DNA of 62,228 nucleotides, filler included, from Catajapyx aquilonaris (Eukaryota): NCBI GenBank assembly GCA_000934665.2. It is 3 parts of 3 records of this genome, joined end to end, with 100 filler letters (N's around TTAATTAATTAA, not from the genome) between each part and the next. Parts side by side here need not be neighbours in the genome. Positions count along the whole stretch, not along the records: positions 20,787 to 41,456 come from JYFJ02006215.1; 2 more parts are not named here. One strand, 5' to 3'. Shown piece by piece: positions 26,530 to 40,805 of this stretch (position 1 is its first letter; each line of letters starts with the position of its first letter). The notes under the pieces were generated by a model. It saw only the letters and a program-made list of their open reading frames with translations, ran no database searches and was not told where the DNA came from. The position numbers and the translations under genes were made by a program.

Positions 26530-28277
26530 GTTGTCATGAAAACGAAGGATTGTTGACAAACCAGGTGTCCTCGTCTAGGCAACAACGAGTGTTGACAAGA
26601 CATAACGAAAGTCTGGTGCTTGCGGATAGGAACGTTGGTCTTCCAGCTCCGCTTCCCTTGACTGACAAAGCCAGATCTTGTGTTCGAGGTACATACAGAA
26701 ATATTGTGGGGAAATTCTGTGTTCTACAAGCTACACAAAGTAGCTAAAAGATAACTTTGGAACTGTCAATCAGATGGAGACACCGAACATACATTTATGG
26801 TGTCTATATAATTATTGGAAGTAATGTTGGAGTAACAGATTGGGATGATTGGCAGGTCTAGAGTTATTGTCATTATTCCATGAACAGCTGTACAGTACAC
26901 CCATTATCCGAACGTGTCTTCATGTGTACAAAATTTTCAATGAAAAAGTTCTAGGCTGATTCTGATTCTGAACAATACATCTGCGCAGAACCATGACAGC
27001 CATTACAACAATCATCTGTAACAATATTTTCATATTTAGACAAATGGGTCCTGCTATCTAATGTCCGGAAAATGAGAGAACGATCTGACGTCATGACAGT
27101 TTCCATGGAAATATTCTCACAGAACACTGAGTAAACAATGTCAACAAAAAGCAACACTGGAAGAAACGATGACGTCAGATCGTTCTCTCATTTTCCGTAT
27201 GAAGGAGGAAAAGTTCGTTTAAAAATCCCGCCCGTTCTCCCTCCCCCACCCGCGTCCAGTCACTTCATTGGTTGGAAAAGGGCGATCACAGCGCTCGCTT
27301 CGGCGTGGCTAGAATAACGACTCATTTTGTACGGTATACTATTTTAAACACGATTTTAAATGAAGGCATTTACAATATGACGGCTATCTCCATGGAAACA
27401 GTTAAAATTTAATAAATAACGATCGATTTCCCCCACCCACCCACTTCCCCTGAAATCTAGGCAACACTGTTGCCCCCCCCCCCCCTCTTTCTCCCCCCGC
27501 CCCCCAAGCTCCCCCTTCAGATCTGCTTCAGATGTTCAGAACACTTTGAGATTGCCGGTCATAACTTTGGTCCTGCACCATCTCTTCCAATTGCATCGAC
27601 TAAAACCGACAGAACCAGGTAATTTAGTGCAATCCATCTGCATCGCACTGTTTATTTCATTGTAATGGCCATGGTTTTCTCCCGCTGGCGTGGGCAGGGC
27701 GTGGGTAATGGTCCCGATCCTTCTTCCTTCCGGTCTCGTTCGGGGCGCGTTCTGTTTCATCATCCCTGGAGTGGGTGGCCGTGGTGGCTTAGGAGGCCGT
27801 GGTCAGAATATCTTGGCTATAGAATACATTTTGTAACAATGACATGGTCGAATATTCGAGAAGTTCGAAAACGGCGATCGGGATTTCGAACAAAGATCTA
27901 AAAAGCCGTTAAACTTTTGAAAAAAAAACCGTTGGTAACCGTTTTCGCGAGCAGTGAAACAGTTGTCAGTCGTTGTCTTGACATTGCCACTGTCAACAGC
28001 TCAGCAGCTCATACCTAGGCAACTGGATTGTTGACAGTTGCCTCAGAACAGTTTCTGCAAGCAGGTCGGAACGTTGGTCTTCCAGGTCCGCTTCTCGATA
28101 CTGTCTCATTGCACCCAATTCCTCCAGGTATAACCACGGATCATAGGTTCTTAGCTGCTGGTAATTGTAAGACTACTCTATATACGTAATCATCCATAAC
28201 CTTGCTTTGATTATGGTTAAATTTATCGCATTGAACTAAACAAATATTGACAGTGTTGCCATTTGAAACCTAGCAAC
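26530..28277 (+). promoter_or_regulatory. X-box (RFX site)-rich upstream region of alpha-tubulin
   Basis: Three matches to the X-box consensus RTHNYYWTRRNRAC: GTTGTCATGAAAAC (26530-26543), GTTTCCATGGAAAT (27099-27112, minus strand) and ATCTCCATGGAAAC (27386-27399). Half-sites CTAGGCAAC at 26575, 27457 and 28015, and CCTAGCAAC at 28269. Confidence 0.55.
27066..27197. repeat. Perfect 29-bp inverted repeat, each arm containing TGACGTCA
   Basis: CGGAAAATGAGAGAACGATCTGACGTCAT (27066-27094) and its exact reverse complement (27169-27197). Confidence 0.9.
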
Positions 28278-28398
28278 GTTTCTTGAGTCATAGATGTGTA
28301 CATTGGAACATTCTTGCATCACTGCTATCTGTCACTGACTCCTTGTTTCCTGGTTCCTTTTAGCTTCTTTTTTAATCGTCTGAGCATCCCAAACTTGA

Positions 28399-29760
<1,362 letters not shown>

Positions 29761-32700
29761 GGGGTTGTCACAGATCCAAATCCTGCTGTTTCATAGTTGG
29801 TGGGTGCCTCACATATGTGCTTGTATCTTCCAGCTAATTGCTTTTGTCAGTTACCATCTTTGATGTCACAATAAAGCAGGTTGTTAGACAAAATTCCTGA
29901 AACAGTTGTTTAATTCTTGTGATGTCACTTGCTAACAATGAAAATTTTACTTCTTAACAATCAGCAACAACAGCCTTTCTTTTTCTGGCACTCTCCAATC
30001 CAGAAAATGATTCCTGACAGCAGAGTAGTGCAACCAACCCTGACCATCATCTCTGGTATGTCCATACACTTAACTGTCTGCATGCCAAAATGTGATATGG
30101 TAATGAACCTCACAAATTTGTTGAATTGGCAAGTGATATATCCAATAGGTTTAATTGTTGACAACAATACATTTTAGTGTCACACTCCAATCTAGTAAAG
30201 TTTGCTGACAATCTGTTGGACTGTAAATATTTTTCGAAATGAGGCCGTTTGTTTTAATATCTCAGATGCCCTGTGTAATCAAGTAATGAGTAGTTGCAGC
30301 ACACGTCCCATCTCTACACCATAGCAATCACGTCCAGGCATAATGAATCAGTGCAAAATGAATTCTGCCAAATTGAAACTGCACGCCATCGTAAATTTTC
30401 TGTATGGATGGCTGGCACCAATTCAATATTAAACGGTTGCTACAGGCCAAATGCTTTAGGCCAGAAATATTTTTTTACTATTTTTTCCAGTTTGTATCAG
30501 TTTCATGATAATGACACCCTGTCAATTTGTTTCTGGTGTCACCTGATCATCCTTACTGTATAGCACCTCGTCCAGTGTTCCAAGTTGACAACATATCAAT
30601 ATTCTCTTTACTGGTTGACATCGCTGAGCTCCACGCCCATCCAATAGTGACAGCACAGTTGTAGCACACATCAATCACGTTTATTAGGCTCACCGCCTTG
30701 GGCTGTGATTTATTCGTTTTTGTACTAGTTGTACCAATCCAGGGGTATTTGTTTATTGCTTTGGGGTGCAAAGTGCCTATTGTTTATTCGCTTTGTTGCT
30801 GTCCCACGCCCGTGCAAACACCAACGTTGTTTACGCCTATAAATAGCTTCAAGAGTGCAACAACTTTGGGTCCGGACATACCTGCGGTGAGACTTTAATG
30901 AAGATAAAAGTGAAGTTGACGGATGGGACCTTTATTTTAAGACCAGGAGGAAAATAGTGAGGGACTGGACGTCACTTCTAATCCCGTTGAGCCCATGAAA
31001 CGTTGCAGTATTCCAACACAAGCAGCCTCTTCCTCATCTGGTAATGGGAGGCAGGAGCTATTCATGCCCCCATCCTTTTCCATTCCAAATCAAGAACAAA
31101 AGAACTTTTAGCACAAGCCCCATTACCTCTAATTGGAGGGTGTCAAGCAAAACAGTACTAAGCGCCATACTGCCAAATTAAGGGTCAGTTTTTGCCAAGT
31201 TTTTGCAAAGAGTGCTTCACAAATAATATTCTAACATCAAGGGTTCTTTTAACACTTGGTAGGATCTGATTGATCGTCCCTATAATTTTACCGATGTTTG
31301 AAAAAGGCGTCACGTTAACAATTGAGCGTTTAGTTTGGACAGTGTTTCCCTCCATCCATCACTGCTCATTAAGGGTGAAGATAATATCAAAGATGAGATC
31401 AGAAAATTGTATTAGGGGGCTAAAGAATAATGAGATGATATTAAAAATTCGGATGCCATCCACACGTGGAGGGGTCGATAATGCTGTTGCCTGGAACAAT
31501 GTGAAAGAAACCAGAAAATGTTGACACGTCACACGCCATTTCCCCATTGCATATTTTGTAGTTTACATTTTTTGCTTCTAACACGACTATAACATTTGTA
31601 GAGCTTAGAGCTGAATATAAAAGCAGTTAATTATTTAATGCGTTTGTCGTGTATTAATTGGCACATACAAGCACAGTAATTTTTTTGGCAAAAGATAGTT
31701 GAAGAGCTTTATACACAACATAGGTTTAAAGAGTAGGGATTATTATTGCCCTAATTGCAAAACCAGCTCGAAGTAATTAATTATCCCTTTTAATAATGCA
31801 TTTTCAAAATATGTTTCTACTGCATAACACACTTTACGGTGTCATTAAAAACTGTCGGTGCTGGTTGATGACAGAATAATAGTCAGCTGTTGTAGTTTGC
31901 TACATACTATATTCAGCCCCGTCATTTAGCAGCCTGCTAATTTTAAACTTGTTTTCCCTGACAGAATGACAGTTCCATTTATCTGCATACTGCATACAGT
32001 AGAGAAATATTGTGCTTGCAGTATTTTCAGTACCGTATAAAAGAATAAATTTCCACCCAAATTAGACTCCAAAATCACCACAACTGGGATGCAAAATATT
32101 TCCAAAAAAAAATGAGGACAGATAAAAAAGACAGGAACAAATAAGTCTGTAATCCAGCATTATTCTTCAATCTTCAAGCATCAGAGCACCCCGATTTAAG
32201 TTTTCCCCATCTCATTTGGAAGTGGCGACAAAGTTGGAACAAAACCCGAAACGAATCTAGTTGGCTGGCGAGACCTCGCCTTTTCCCTAATGGCTTTTCG
32301 ATAGCTGAAGTGTATGGTGATTGAATGCATATGAAAAGAGGCAGGAGAATCAATAAGACTCTTTTCTTCCCAACTTCCTTTCCCAAGTGGAAAGCCGTCT
32401 ATTTGCATCTAGTCAAGAAGACATCTCCTTTAGGCAATTTTAAAGTAACAGAAAATTGGAGAAATAATGCCTCACCCTGTATATTTTGTTGCTACACTGC
32501 AGCGGACAGTACATAACAATGGGGCTAAAGGTGTCCGCAATATGAAAATGTTAAAATTTGCAATCAAAGTGAGTAAGCCATGTTTAAAGAAGACCTACAC
32601 TTTCATATATACTCATATCAAGCCTGAAGCGCAAACCAAACGAATCGTGCAAATTGAAAGTTGCAAACTGTATTTGAAACCCTGCCGGCATAACCATAGA

Positions 32701-33419
32701 CCTTTATATTGAACAATGCAACCGATTTTACAAGAGTTGAAAGTCCTTTTTCGCTTTGATTTCATGCAGTTTCAATCAACCCTATTTGAGCCCTGTCGCT
32801 TACTTTTAAGAGGATTTACCCATTTTTTTTTTTCATTACTACCTCACTGTTTGAATCAATTGTAATAACTAGCACGGTTCGCTGACAGAGACTCTATTCA
32901 GTTGGAATTCCAGCAGTACCATTCACACATATTCCAACAATGGCGCATTAGTATCCTGTGGTATATGCAACCTTCTATCGCACGTTCAATTTCCTCTCCT
33001 TTTGTTTCAACCTCCCAGCTATTTTGGGAGGTCCACAAAAGCGAAGGTAACCTTTGGAGTGAATTTCCCCCAAGGCACCTTATGAAATGTCGCACGACCG
33101 TCGCCTTTCAGACTCCCAAAATAAAAAATGGTCCGGATGGACAGTTATTGATTGTGCGGATTCCCAAGCCGGACTCCCTGAATGGCGCTCCTTTCACTGG
33201 CATTAGTCTGACATTTGGGCCTCGTCCGCACTCCATAAAAACCCTCTGATAAATGCGTCCCGACAAGAATTCTGTTATTCTCTTCCTTTACCCTGTGCGA
33301 CTCCATTCCGAAAGAGGAAGTCACGATGCAATTTATTTACTTGAGGAAATGGAGGATTAATGTGGATTCACATAGGATATGTTCGATAAAAACTCGTCCG
33401 CCGCATTATTGTCATTACT

Positions 33420-33490
33420 GCCGATTGGCCCCCGTGTATTGTTACCGCGAAGATTTCGATTGGCCCCGTTCAGCGCATGCGCAATGGGTG
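33420..33490. promoter_or_regulatory. Candidate housekeeping-type promoter; associated gene not identified
   Basis: Two CGATTGGCCCCGT (inverted CCAAT) copies near 33422 and 33457, and an NRF1/Ewg-type GCGCATGCGCA at 33473-33483. Confidence 0.35.
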
Positions 33491-36400
33491 GAGGAACTCA
33501 GTCGCTAGCTGGCTGTCGACGAGTTAACACCGCGTGTAGTCACTCCCGTCTACCCACACCTGACCCACACTCGTATATTTATAATTGTGGTCGACAATAT
33601 CAATTTATTTTAATTTTATTTATTTGCCCAGTGGTAGAGCAGTGCGCTCGTGGGGAGAGGGCCGAGAATATCAACAGAGATGTGACAAAATATAACTATT
33701 TTTTTTGCAAATTTCCTGTTTGAACGTGACATCATTGTGATCATGGCAGTTGACCACCAGCAACGAGTTGAAGGCACATGAATAGAGGGGGTTGGCTAAT
33801 CACAGCCCGCAGGCCGCTTACGCGCATTACAAAACCCCCCAGCAAATTTTGCTGAGGCGGATGAAGGTTGCATAATTAGCTAGGGGGGTGTACATAGAGG
33901 AAAAGAGGATGAAAAATCCTGTATTGACGGATGTCTTTTGTGTCAATCTTTCCAAGCATTATGGAAGCACTTGTCACCGCCATGATGGATGGCGTTGGGG
34001 ACCCAAACTTTCTGCTTGAATATAGCGTGTGTGCACATAGAACGGACTTTATCAGAACTCCCGATTATTTGGGACTTTGTTCTGCACGAACCTCATTTCT
34101 AGCTGGCCCGAGAGCAAAAGGGTGTAAAGGCGGAGGTAATGCTGGAAACTAATTAAGCGCTCATGACGACTATCGCTACCTTTGCTATCGCTAGGACTAA
34201 GAGCCACGCACAGGCGCATATTTTTGTGATCAACTAATGTCATATCAAATTCCTCGTATAGGTGGTATAGGCTACCCACATGCTCGTTTTATAAATATAG
34301 TGGTAAATTTTGGCACAGCCTCTAGGGTGAATTTTGCATCACTCAAATGCCATCCAGAGGGTCGTTATTGTGCATAAACCCTGTCGTCCCCAAAAAGCAA
34401 AGTTATGTGCAGTTGCATACTGCCCCTTGGCATGAGACAAACCGGGAAATTATTTCACGGCAGGCATTTCAACCCGTTCTATTTTAAGCCCAGATTTAAA
34501 ACTGACCCTTTACACCAAACCACCATTAGCAACAACCTCCATATGAAAAAAAAGTCCCAACTGCATGCTCTTAATAAAAGTGAGTAATTACACCTAATAA
34601 ATAACTGCCACCTATTTATAACACATTATTACTCTAATTCAATTGTAGCCTCACGTGCAGCAAAGGGGATGGGCAGTGCCAGCAATTTTGAAAGCATGTC
34701 TTGCAATAATAAATTCTCTTCCCTATGAAGGCGATAGGATTCGACTCCACGTGAACAAAATTAATTCGAGAAGCGTCTGGCTTTGAATAAAATATGAGGC
34801 ATCCATATGTGGTTCTATTTCCTGCTGCTGATGTGGACTTATCACCTGCTATAACGAATAGGGGGGTAAAAAATGTAGAGAATGCGTGATATTGCTTCTG
34901 GTTGCTATACACTTGGGAATGAAATGTACAACCTGAGTCATATCCTCTACACAATGAAAGTACATGCCAACAGGTTGGATTCCTTGAAGAACAATTTTGG
35001 GCAAGTTACGAAGAGCGAATGGTCACTTGGAGGAGCAATTTGAAGGAAATGAAAGAAGCCAGGCCATTGCATAAGCGTTGGGATGGTCCAAAGAGGAACA
35101 TAAAATGGGTTGCAAAGTGCGAGTCATTTGGTGCGCTTTTATTCGACGGAAACACGAGACCGATTCAAATTATAGGCATTCTAATTGCTTTAAAGCTAAG
35201 AACAGCTCTTGGGAATCCTTTCGCCAATCAAGTATCGCATTGTGTCATGATCAAAAGCATGAATTTTCCAAAAGCCCAAGTGGCGCTCAGGTGTGTCAAA
35301 AGCAATTTTACTACAAAAACAGCCCCCCCCCCCGCCCCCAATGGAAATGATAAAATGGTAAAAGCATGAAGAAATTCTTGTTGGCAATTAATACCCTAGA
35401 CTAGATAAGCGATCATAATTATTAGTTGCCAGCTTTTATCAGACTGGCTAGATAACCATGCAAATGCGCCATTAACATAAGCGTCACTTTGTGGCACGTC
35501 AGGAACGCTTCTCGTGCGACCACAAATAAGCAATGATGGCTCATTAGTCTCATGTTGGCCCCTAGGAATTAAGAGTGTGGCACTATAGCCATTCTCTACA
35601 TATCTTTTTGGCGCCACCCCACATTGTTTTCGTGGCTGCCAAAAATTTTAAAGCTCCAACCTAGATGTGGCTAACAATGACATTATCTACGACAGCAACG
35701 TCACGCTTGCGCCTCTGCATCTGCGTGTCTTAGAAGCGGCCATGTTTGACAAGATTGTTGATAATGTCCGCCTACTCACATTATTTTCACTGCCACCTTC
35801 TTTTCTTTGGACTGTCCCTAGATTTCTTTTTGTACGCTTTTACCCACCAGATATGTCAACCCTTATTCGCGACAGCCAATCAGAACTTGACACTCTTCGT
35901 GAATTTTTTAAACATTTGCGTGTCACTAGAGGGCATATACCGACTCTCCATGTATGGCAAACCCTATAGAATATGAATCGACTAATCAGGTATCAATTTT
36001 GTGTGTGACTGTTTTCTCAACTTCTATTACATACATAACTCACATGTACTCCAGTAACTCAATTACAGGGCAGGGCAATATCAGAAATAATAACAATGCC
36101 CTACAGATGTTGCCAGATTGCATCAACTGTCCATCAATCAAATTTGGTCAGCAGGAATGATTCCCTGGACATTTGTGACCCTCCCTTTTCAGGGCTGTCT
36201 AACAGAGATGAGCTAATCGAACACATTCCTCTTGGGAGTTATAACCATCAGAACTAGTGCTGCAAACTCATTTATTTTGACGCTCAGCCTGTCGGAATGG
36301 ATTTAGGTTTGGTTGGAAAAAAAAGAGTTTTCATCTGAAGCGGAAAGTTTCAGAGCTAATCCGACTTATCGTCGAGCAACCTAGGAATGTCAAGAATCGA

Positions 36401-37570
36401 ATACATTCCGTTAGTCAGATGCCGTCGCTTTTCCTAATTAGTGTAGGAAAATTGACAAGGCGTGATAAACCACAAGAACTAAGGGGGGGGGGGGGGGTGT
36501 TCAAAGAATGAACTAGGATCAATAAAGTCTTTAAAAATATTTGGGGGAATGAACTAGGGATCAATAATGGTCTCAAGTTCATCAGATAAGATTTAATTGA
36601 ATATCTGGCTGTGTGAACGATAGACGTTAATTAATGCGCAGACGAGAAGAATTTGCATGCTGACATCCCAAAGCGGATGAGAAAGAGGAAGAAAAATCCT
36701 TTTTCAGGGTACTACCTCTTTTATCCTGCTCATAAACATGCCATTGCATTAATTGCTTTTCCTCTTGGCCCCATCGGGAATTTATTGAACGTGGCTCAAA
36801 TTCCAGGAGGATTCAGAAAACCTCGTTGCTTCACGGGTACCCGAATTAATGCTAACAAACTATCGCACCTAAGTCATACGCAACATTAAATTTAATCTCA
36901 TGTTATTACGTTTTTAAAAAAATTGGGCCTAACTCAAATTTTGAACACATTATCATATCGATAATAATCGATACAGTTCCCCCAATATAATTCAGCTTCA
37001 ACTAAGATTCTTCATTCACCACACTTTTCAATTATAGCTCGATCTGCTTCACTACAGGGGGGAAAATCCAACATACCACTCTTCAGACTTGATATACGAT
37101 CTGTTTGATTGATAGACTTTCTAGAAGGATGGATGGAGGGGACGTTGAAAAAATAAGAAATGCCTGAATCTAGAAACCAGCATACCGCTTAAACTTTCCT
37201 TACTCAAGGCGTGGAAGAGAAAAGGAAAAAGGAGGCGGCCGCTTACTTGACTTCTTATCGGAAAAGGCATTAACACCTCTTTCTTCTTTTTTTCTCCCTC
37301 CCCTGCGACTTCCACTTTTTTTTACACCCCCTTCAACTATACTCTCAGGGGAAAGAATGCGACCTTTCAGAAGCCCTTTCAGAACCAAGTCGTGCATAAG
37401 AAATCAATGTTCCGACTATTGTCCTCAAAAATTGCTTGCCGAATTTTTACACAATGTATACCAATGCAGTCTGTAGTTCCACTTCCCATCCACCCGAGGC
37501 GCTGCCTCTCTCAATTGCGCAAGCGCAGAACGAGAGCCTAATTGGTCATACCACGAAGGGTTATATAATA

Positions 37571-37678
37571 CTAGCAGGATACCCGGCGTTGGTAGTTATG
37601 AAATACTTTTCCATAGGAGTAACTCATTGATGTAACAGAGTAACTCATTGATGTAACAGAGTAACTCATTGATGTAAC
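37571..37678 (-). mobile_element. Helitron 3' terminus with three tandem 21-bp repeats
   Basis: The minus strand reads GGAAAAGTATTTCATAAC...CAACGCCGGGTATCCTGCTAG|T, nearly identical to the Helitron end at 42455-42498. GAGTAACTCATTGATGTAACA occurs three times at 37617-37678. Confidence 0.75.
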
Positions 37679-39649
37679 TGTGTCAACAATGACTGAATTT
37701 CTCTGGAGTAACAATAAAGAGTAGGCCTGCTTTTCTGCCTTTTCGCCTCCTGCGGCCAAGGATGGCCTCGGAGGTCAAGTCCAATGTGCTAAAAACCTTC
37801 CCTGTTAAAAACTACTCCTAATGATCACCCTGAGCCACATGTCGAGGTCTCCGTATTGATATGCATCGGGAACATACAGACATACGTCTTGAAATATGTA
37901 TATATTTATAAGTTCTTCCTAAGCTTTCGAGTGTCCCTTACAATATTCTGAGTCACCATACAAAATCACAATAATATTTTAAGGCGCATTAGTTTTTAGT
38001 AGGTCCCATCTCATAGGGGTTCCTGAAACATTCCTCGTATTCACACCATTTGCTTTTATAGTCTCGCTCATCAGTCGACCCCCCTAGGGTTGGTTTTCTC
38101 GCTTCCTCTTCTTGTTCATCCTTCCTTCTCTACTATTTCCCCCTCGGATTTTCGCTACACTTGTCTCCTATTCCCTTCTCCTGACCCCCATCATCATCCA
38201 GATCATCTTTCGGAAACTGTTCCCCCATCTTCCCCCATCTCAAAAAAAAACTGATTTTTTTCTAGAGGGGTCCAAGAGGGCCTCCAGGAATTACTTTACA
38301 GGAGTAAAGAAGTCATTAGCAATGCGTCATTTAGCCTTCCTCGCTTCGATGCTCTTACCATTCCAGATTAGCCCCCCGTAAATTTTCCTATTACTTGGGT
38401 TGGGGAAGGGAAGAAGAGGGGGGGGGGGGACATAGAGGAAAAGTTGTTATGGGAGGTTTGGTTGGATGGGGTAGATTTTCCTTACAACTTTCCACCTTAT
38501 TTGTGTGGATTGAGAGTCGTGTTTCTTTGAAAAATACACCACTTTTTTATACTAGGGAACGAGGGGTAACCAAATCGAGTTAGTCGTCCATGATTCCCTC
38601 ACAAATAGGGGAGAAGTTGAGGAAAAGGGAAGGTTAGGTAAAGGAATGATTTATTTGCGTCCTAATCAATTTTAACTCTCAATTGGCAAACCTGAAAAAG
38701 AAGACAAATTGTTCAAGATCTTCCTAGGATTTACTTGAGACTCTACATTGACGGGTTCGAAAATCCTCTGGTTTTATCCTGAGAAAGGAGGAACGATGTT
38801 GAGGACTTTAACTCAGGCTATACTATAGACTTACACTTTGACGAATGAGGCGAAAAATGGTGATGAGGCTATGAGGAGAATGTTGAGAGAAGGATGCTGC
38901 TTCATCAAGTAATTTGCATTCAATCCAACACATTCTAGGCATCGATTACTTTCACCTAACACTCTCAAGATGCGGGGGTTGGCAATTCATCTTATACGCT
39001 CCCTTAAGAGACCGATTTGGAAGCCATAAAAGTGATGTATGAGGCCGTCCAGAGTAAAATATTCCTAAACAACGTTACTTTTCTGGCGGAAGAGATTTAT
39101 ACGATGAACACTGGAATCTTCCCAGATTTTCCTGATAAAGTCAGATTTGACATTTGATTTATCTTCAATCTAGATGTGAATTTAATCGCAATTTTAATAT
39201 AAACTGTCTGAAATTACAGGATGCATGGTAATAGCAATCTGTGTTAGCTTAATGAGGCCTCTAGATACTGCAGCAGAAATAGAAGTTTCCTAGTCAACAT
39301 GAAAACGTGTCTAACGATAAGTGCTCTAGGCTGGGGAAAGCTGATAAGTCTGGGTATGTCCTTGCTGCAAGTGGCTTGCATATTATTCGGAACAATGTGA
39401 CGAACCAACCAGCCCCTCTCTACATCCACATCATGGTTTCCATTACATATTCATGAAAAGTCACAGCTTGTAAGGGACAGAATCTGACTCACAGTTAGTC
39501 ATGTGGCAAGGCCTCTTGTAGCCGCTGATCAAACATAGTCATGGTTTTAATCTATACCCTTCGTGTCAGATAATGAAACCTTCTGGAGGAAGGACAATTG
39601 AGAGACATTAATTTAAAAATATGTTTACAACTGCTCGATAAATGCAGAG

Positions 39650-40359
39650 TTATTTATCGATCTGGAGACTTGTCCTGTTGTAGATTTTTTTCAAGTGTAT
39701 ACGGCGGATGCGGAGTTTACGCTTCTTTCTTCTGCGTTCCTTGTTAGTAATTATTTCAGAAGTCATCTGATCCTGCAATTCCAGCCACTTACGCAATTCA
39801 TCGCTGGTCTCACTCTGGCAGTTTAACGCAGTATGCAGACTGAAATGCCAAACATTGATTACATATAATAGCATATTTTTGTTTATTAAGTTAACAGATC
39901 ATTCTTAATAATCGGTTAAAAGGTTGCAAAACCGTTATTTACTCCAAGCAATATATTTCTCACCAAACTGAAAAGCAGCCGCACCGATACCTCTTCTTGG
40001 TAGAGTGTTGTAGCATAGTTCTTCCCATAAAGCATATACCTGTCACGAATCCGTGGCTGGTCAATTTTCTACAATTTTCTCGGCATTGGTACTCATAGCC
40101 TTTTATACAATCCATTTTAGGCTTGTCGATATCAACCTTTGTTACGGTGTCCGTCAGGAATGGACGTTCGTTACGGCTTATTTTGAAAAAGCAGGCTTCA
40201 GACACCTGTCGTCCAGGCAAAGCTGCATAATAATCAAGACAATTGAAGTCATCATGAGGCTTGTCACAAATATTCTAAGTTATCTCAAATATTATTTAGT
40301 TCGTAATAAAATATATCCTTACCAACAGCGGTAATGAGTAAGAGTACTCTGACTTCCAT
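39650..40359 (-). CDS. Putative secreted six-cysteine protein with a basic C-terminal tail, about 152 aa; exons 40359-40323, 40222-39991, 39839-39650
   Basis: A phase-consistent GT-AG model gives MEVRVLLLITAVALPGRQVSEA-CFFKISRNERPFLTDTVTKVDIDKPKMDCIKGYEYQCRENCRKLTSHGFVTGICFMGRTMLQHSTKKSLHTALNCQSETSDELRKWLELQDQMTSEIITNKERRRKKRKLRIRRIHLKKIYNRTSLQIDK. Confidence 0.6.
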
Positions 40360-40805
40360 GACTTCTATTGGCTCGTTCTAATTTGCCGATATATTGCGTT
40401 GCTAAGTATTGCACTTTTCTTGGTCTTAACTGTGTGCACTGACATACCAAGTGTCGATAATTCAAGGACAACAACCATCCAGTTGGAGTTTGAAAACCCC
40501 GCTTTGAGATTACCACCCTGCTCAAGCCACTTTAACTCACATTAAAATTATTAAATAAATCATATAGTTGAAAAAACTTTTTATAATATTTGCTTCATAA
40601 ATTGTGATCATGTAGTGTATAAAAAGCATAAATTATATTTTAACTAGATTTTGTTATTTCCAACCCTGATTCCAATATGGCGGCATCCATGGAAGAGCGC
40701 GAAACATTGTTCTTGGAACTGTTCTAGTTTGTATTCATTTGCTTCAGCCTGTTGTTGGAGTAGACATGCCTGTATGACCTCATGTCAAGATAGTGACTTG
40801 TAGAC

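Noticed and set aside
35667..35976. 100-aa and 76-aa overlapping ORFs
   Set aside because: No recognisable motif or supporting splice structure, and the flanks look like transposon debris.
37617..37678. CRISPR-like direct repeats
   Set aside because: The 21-bp units are directly adjacent with no spacers, there are no cas genes, and the context is eukaryotic.
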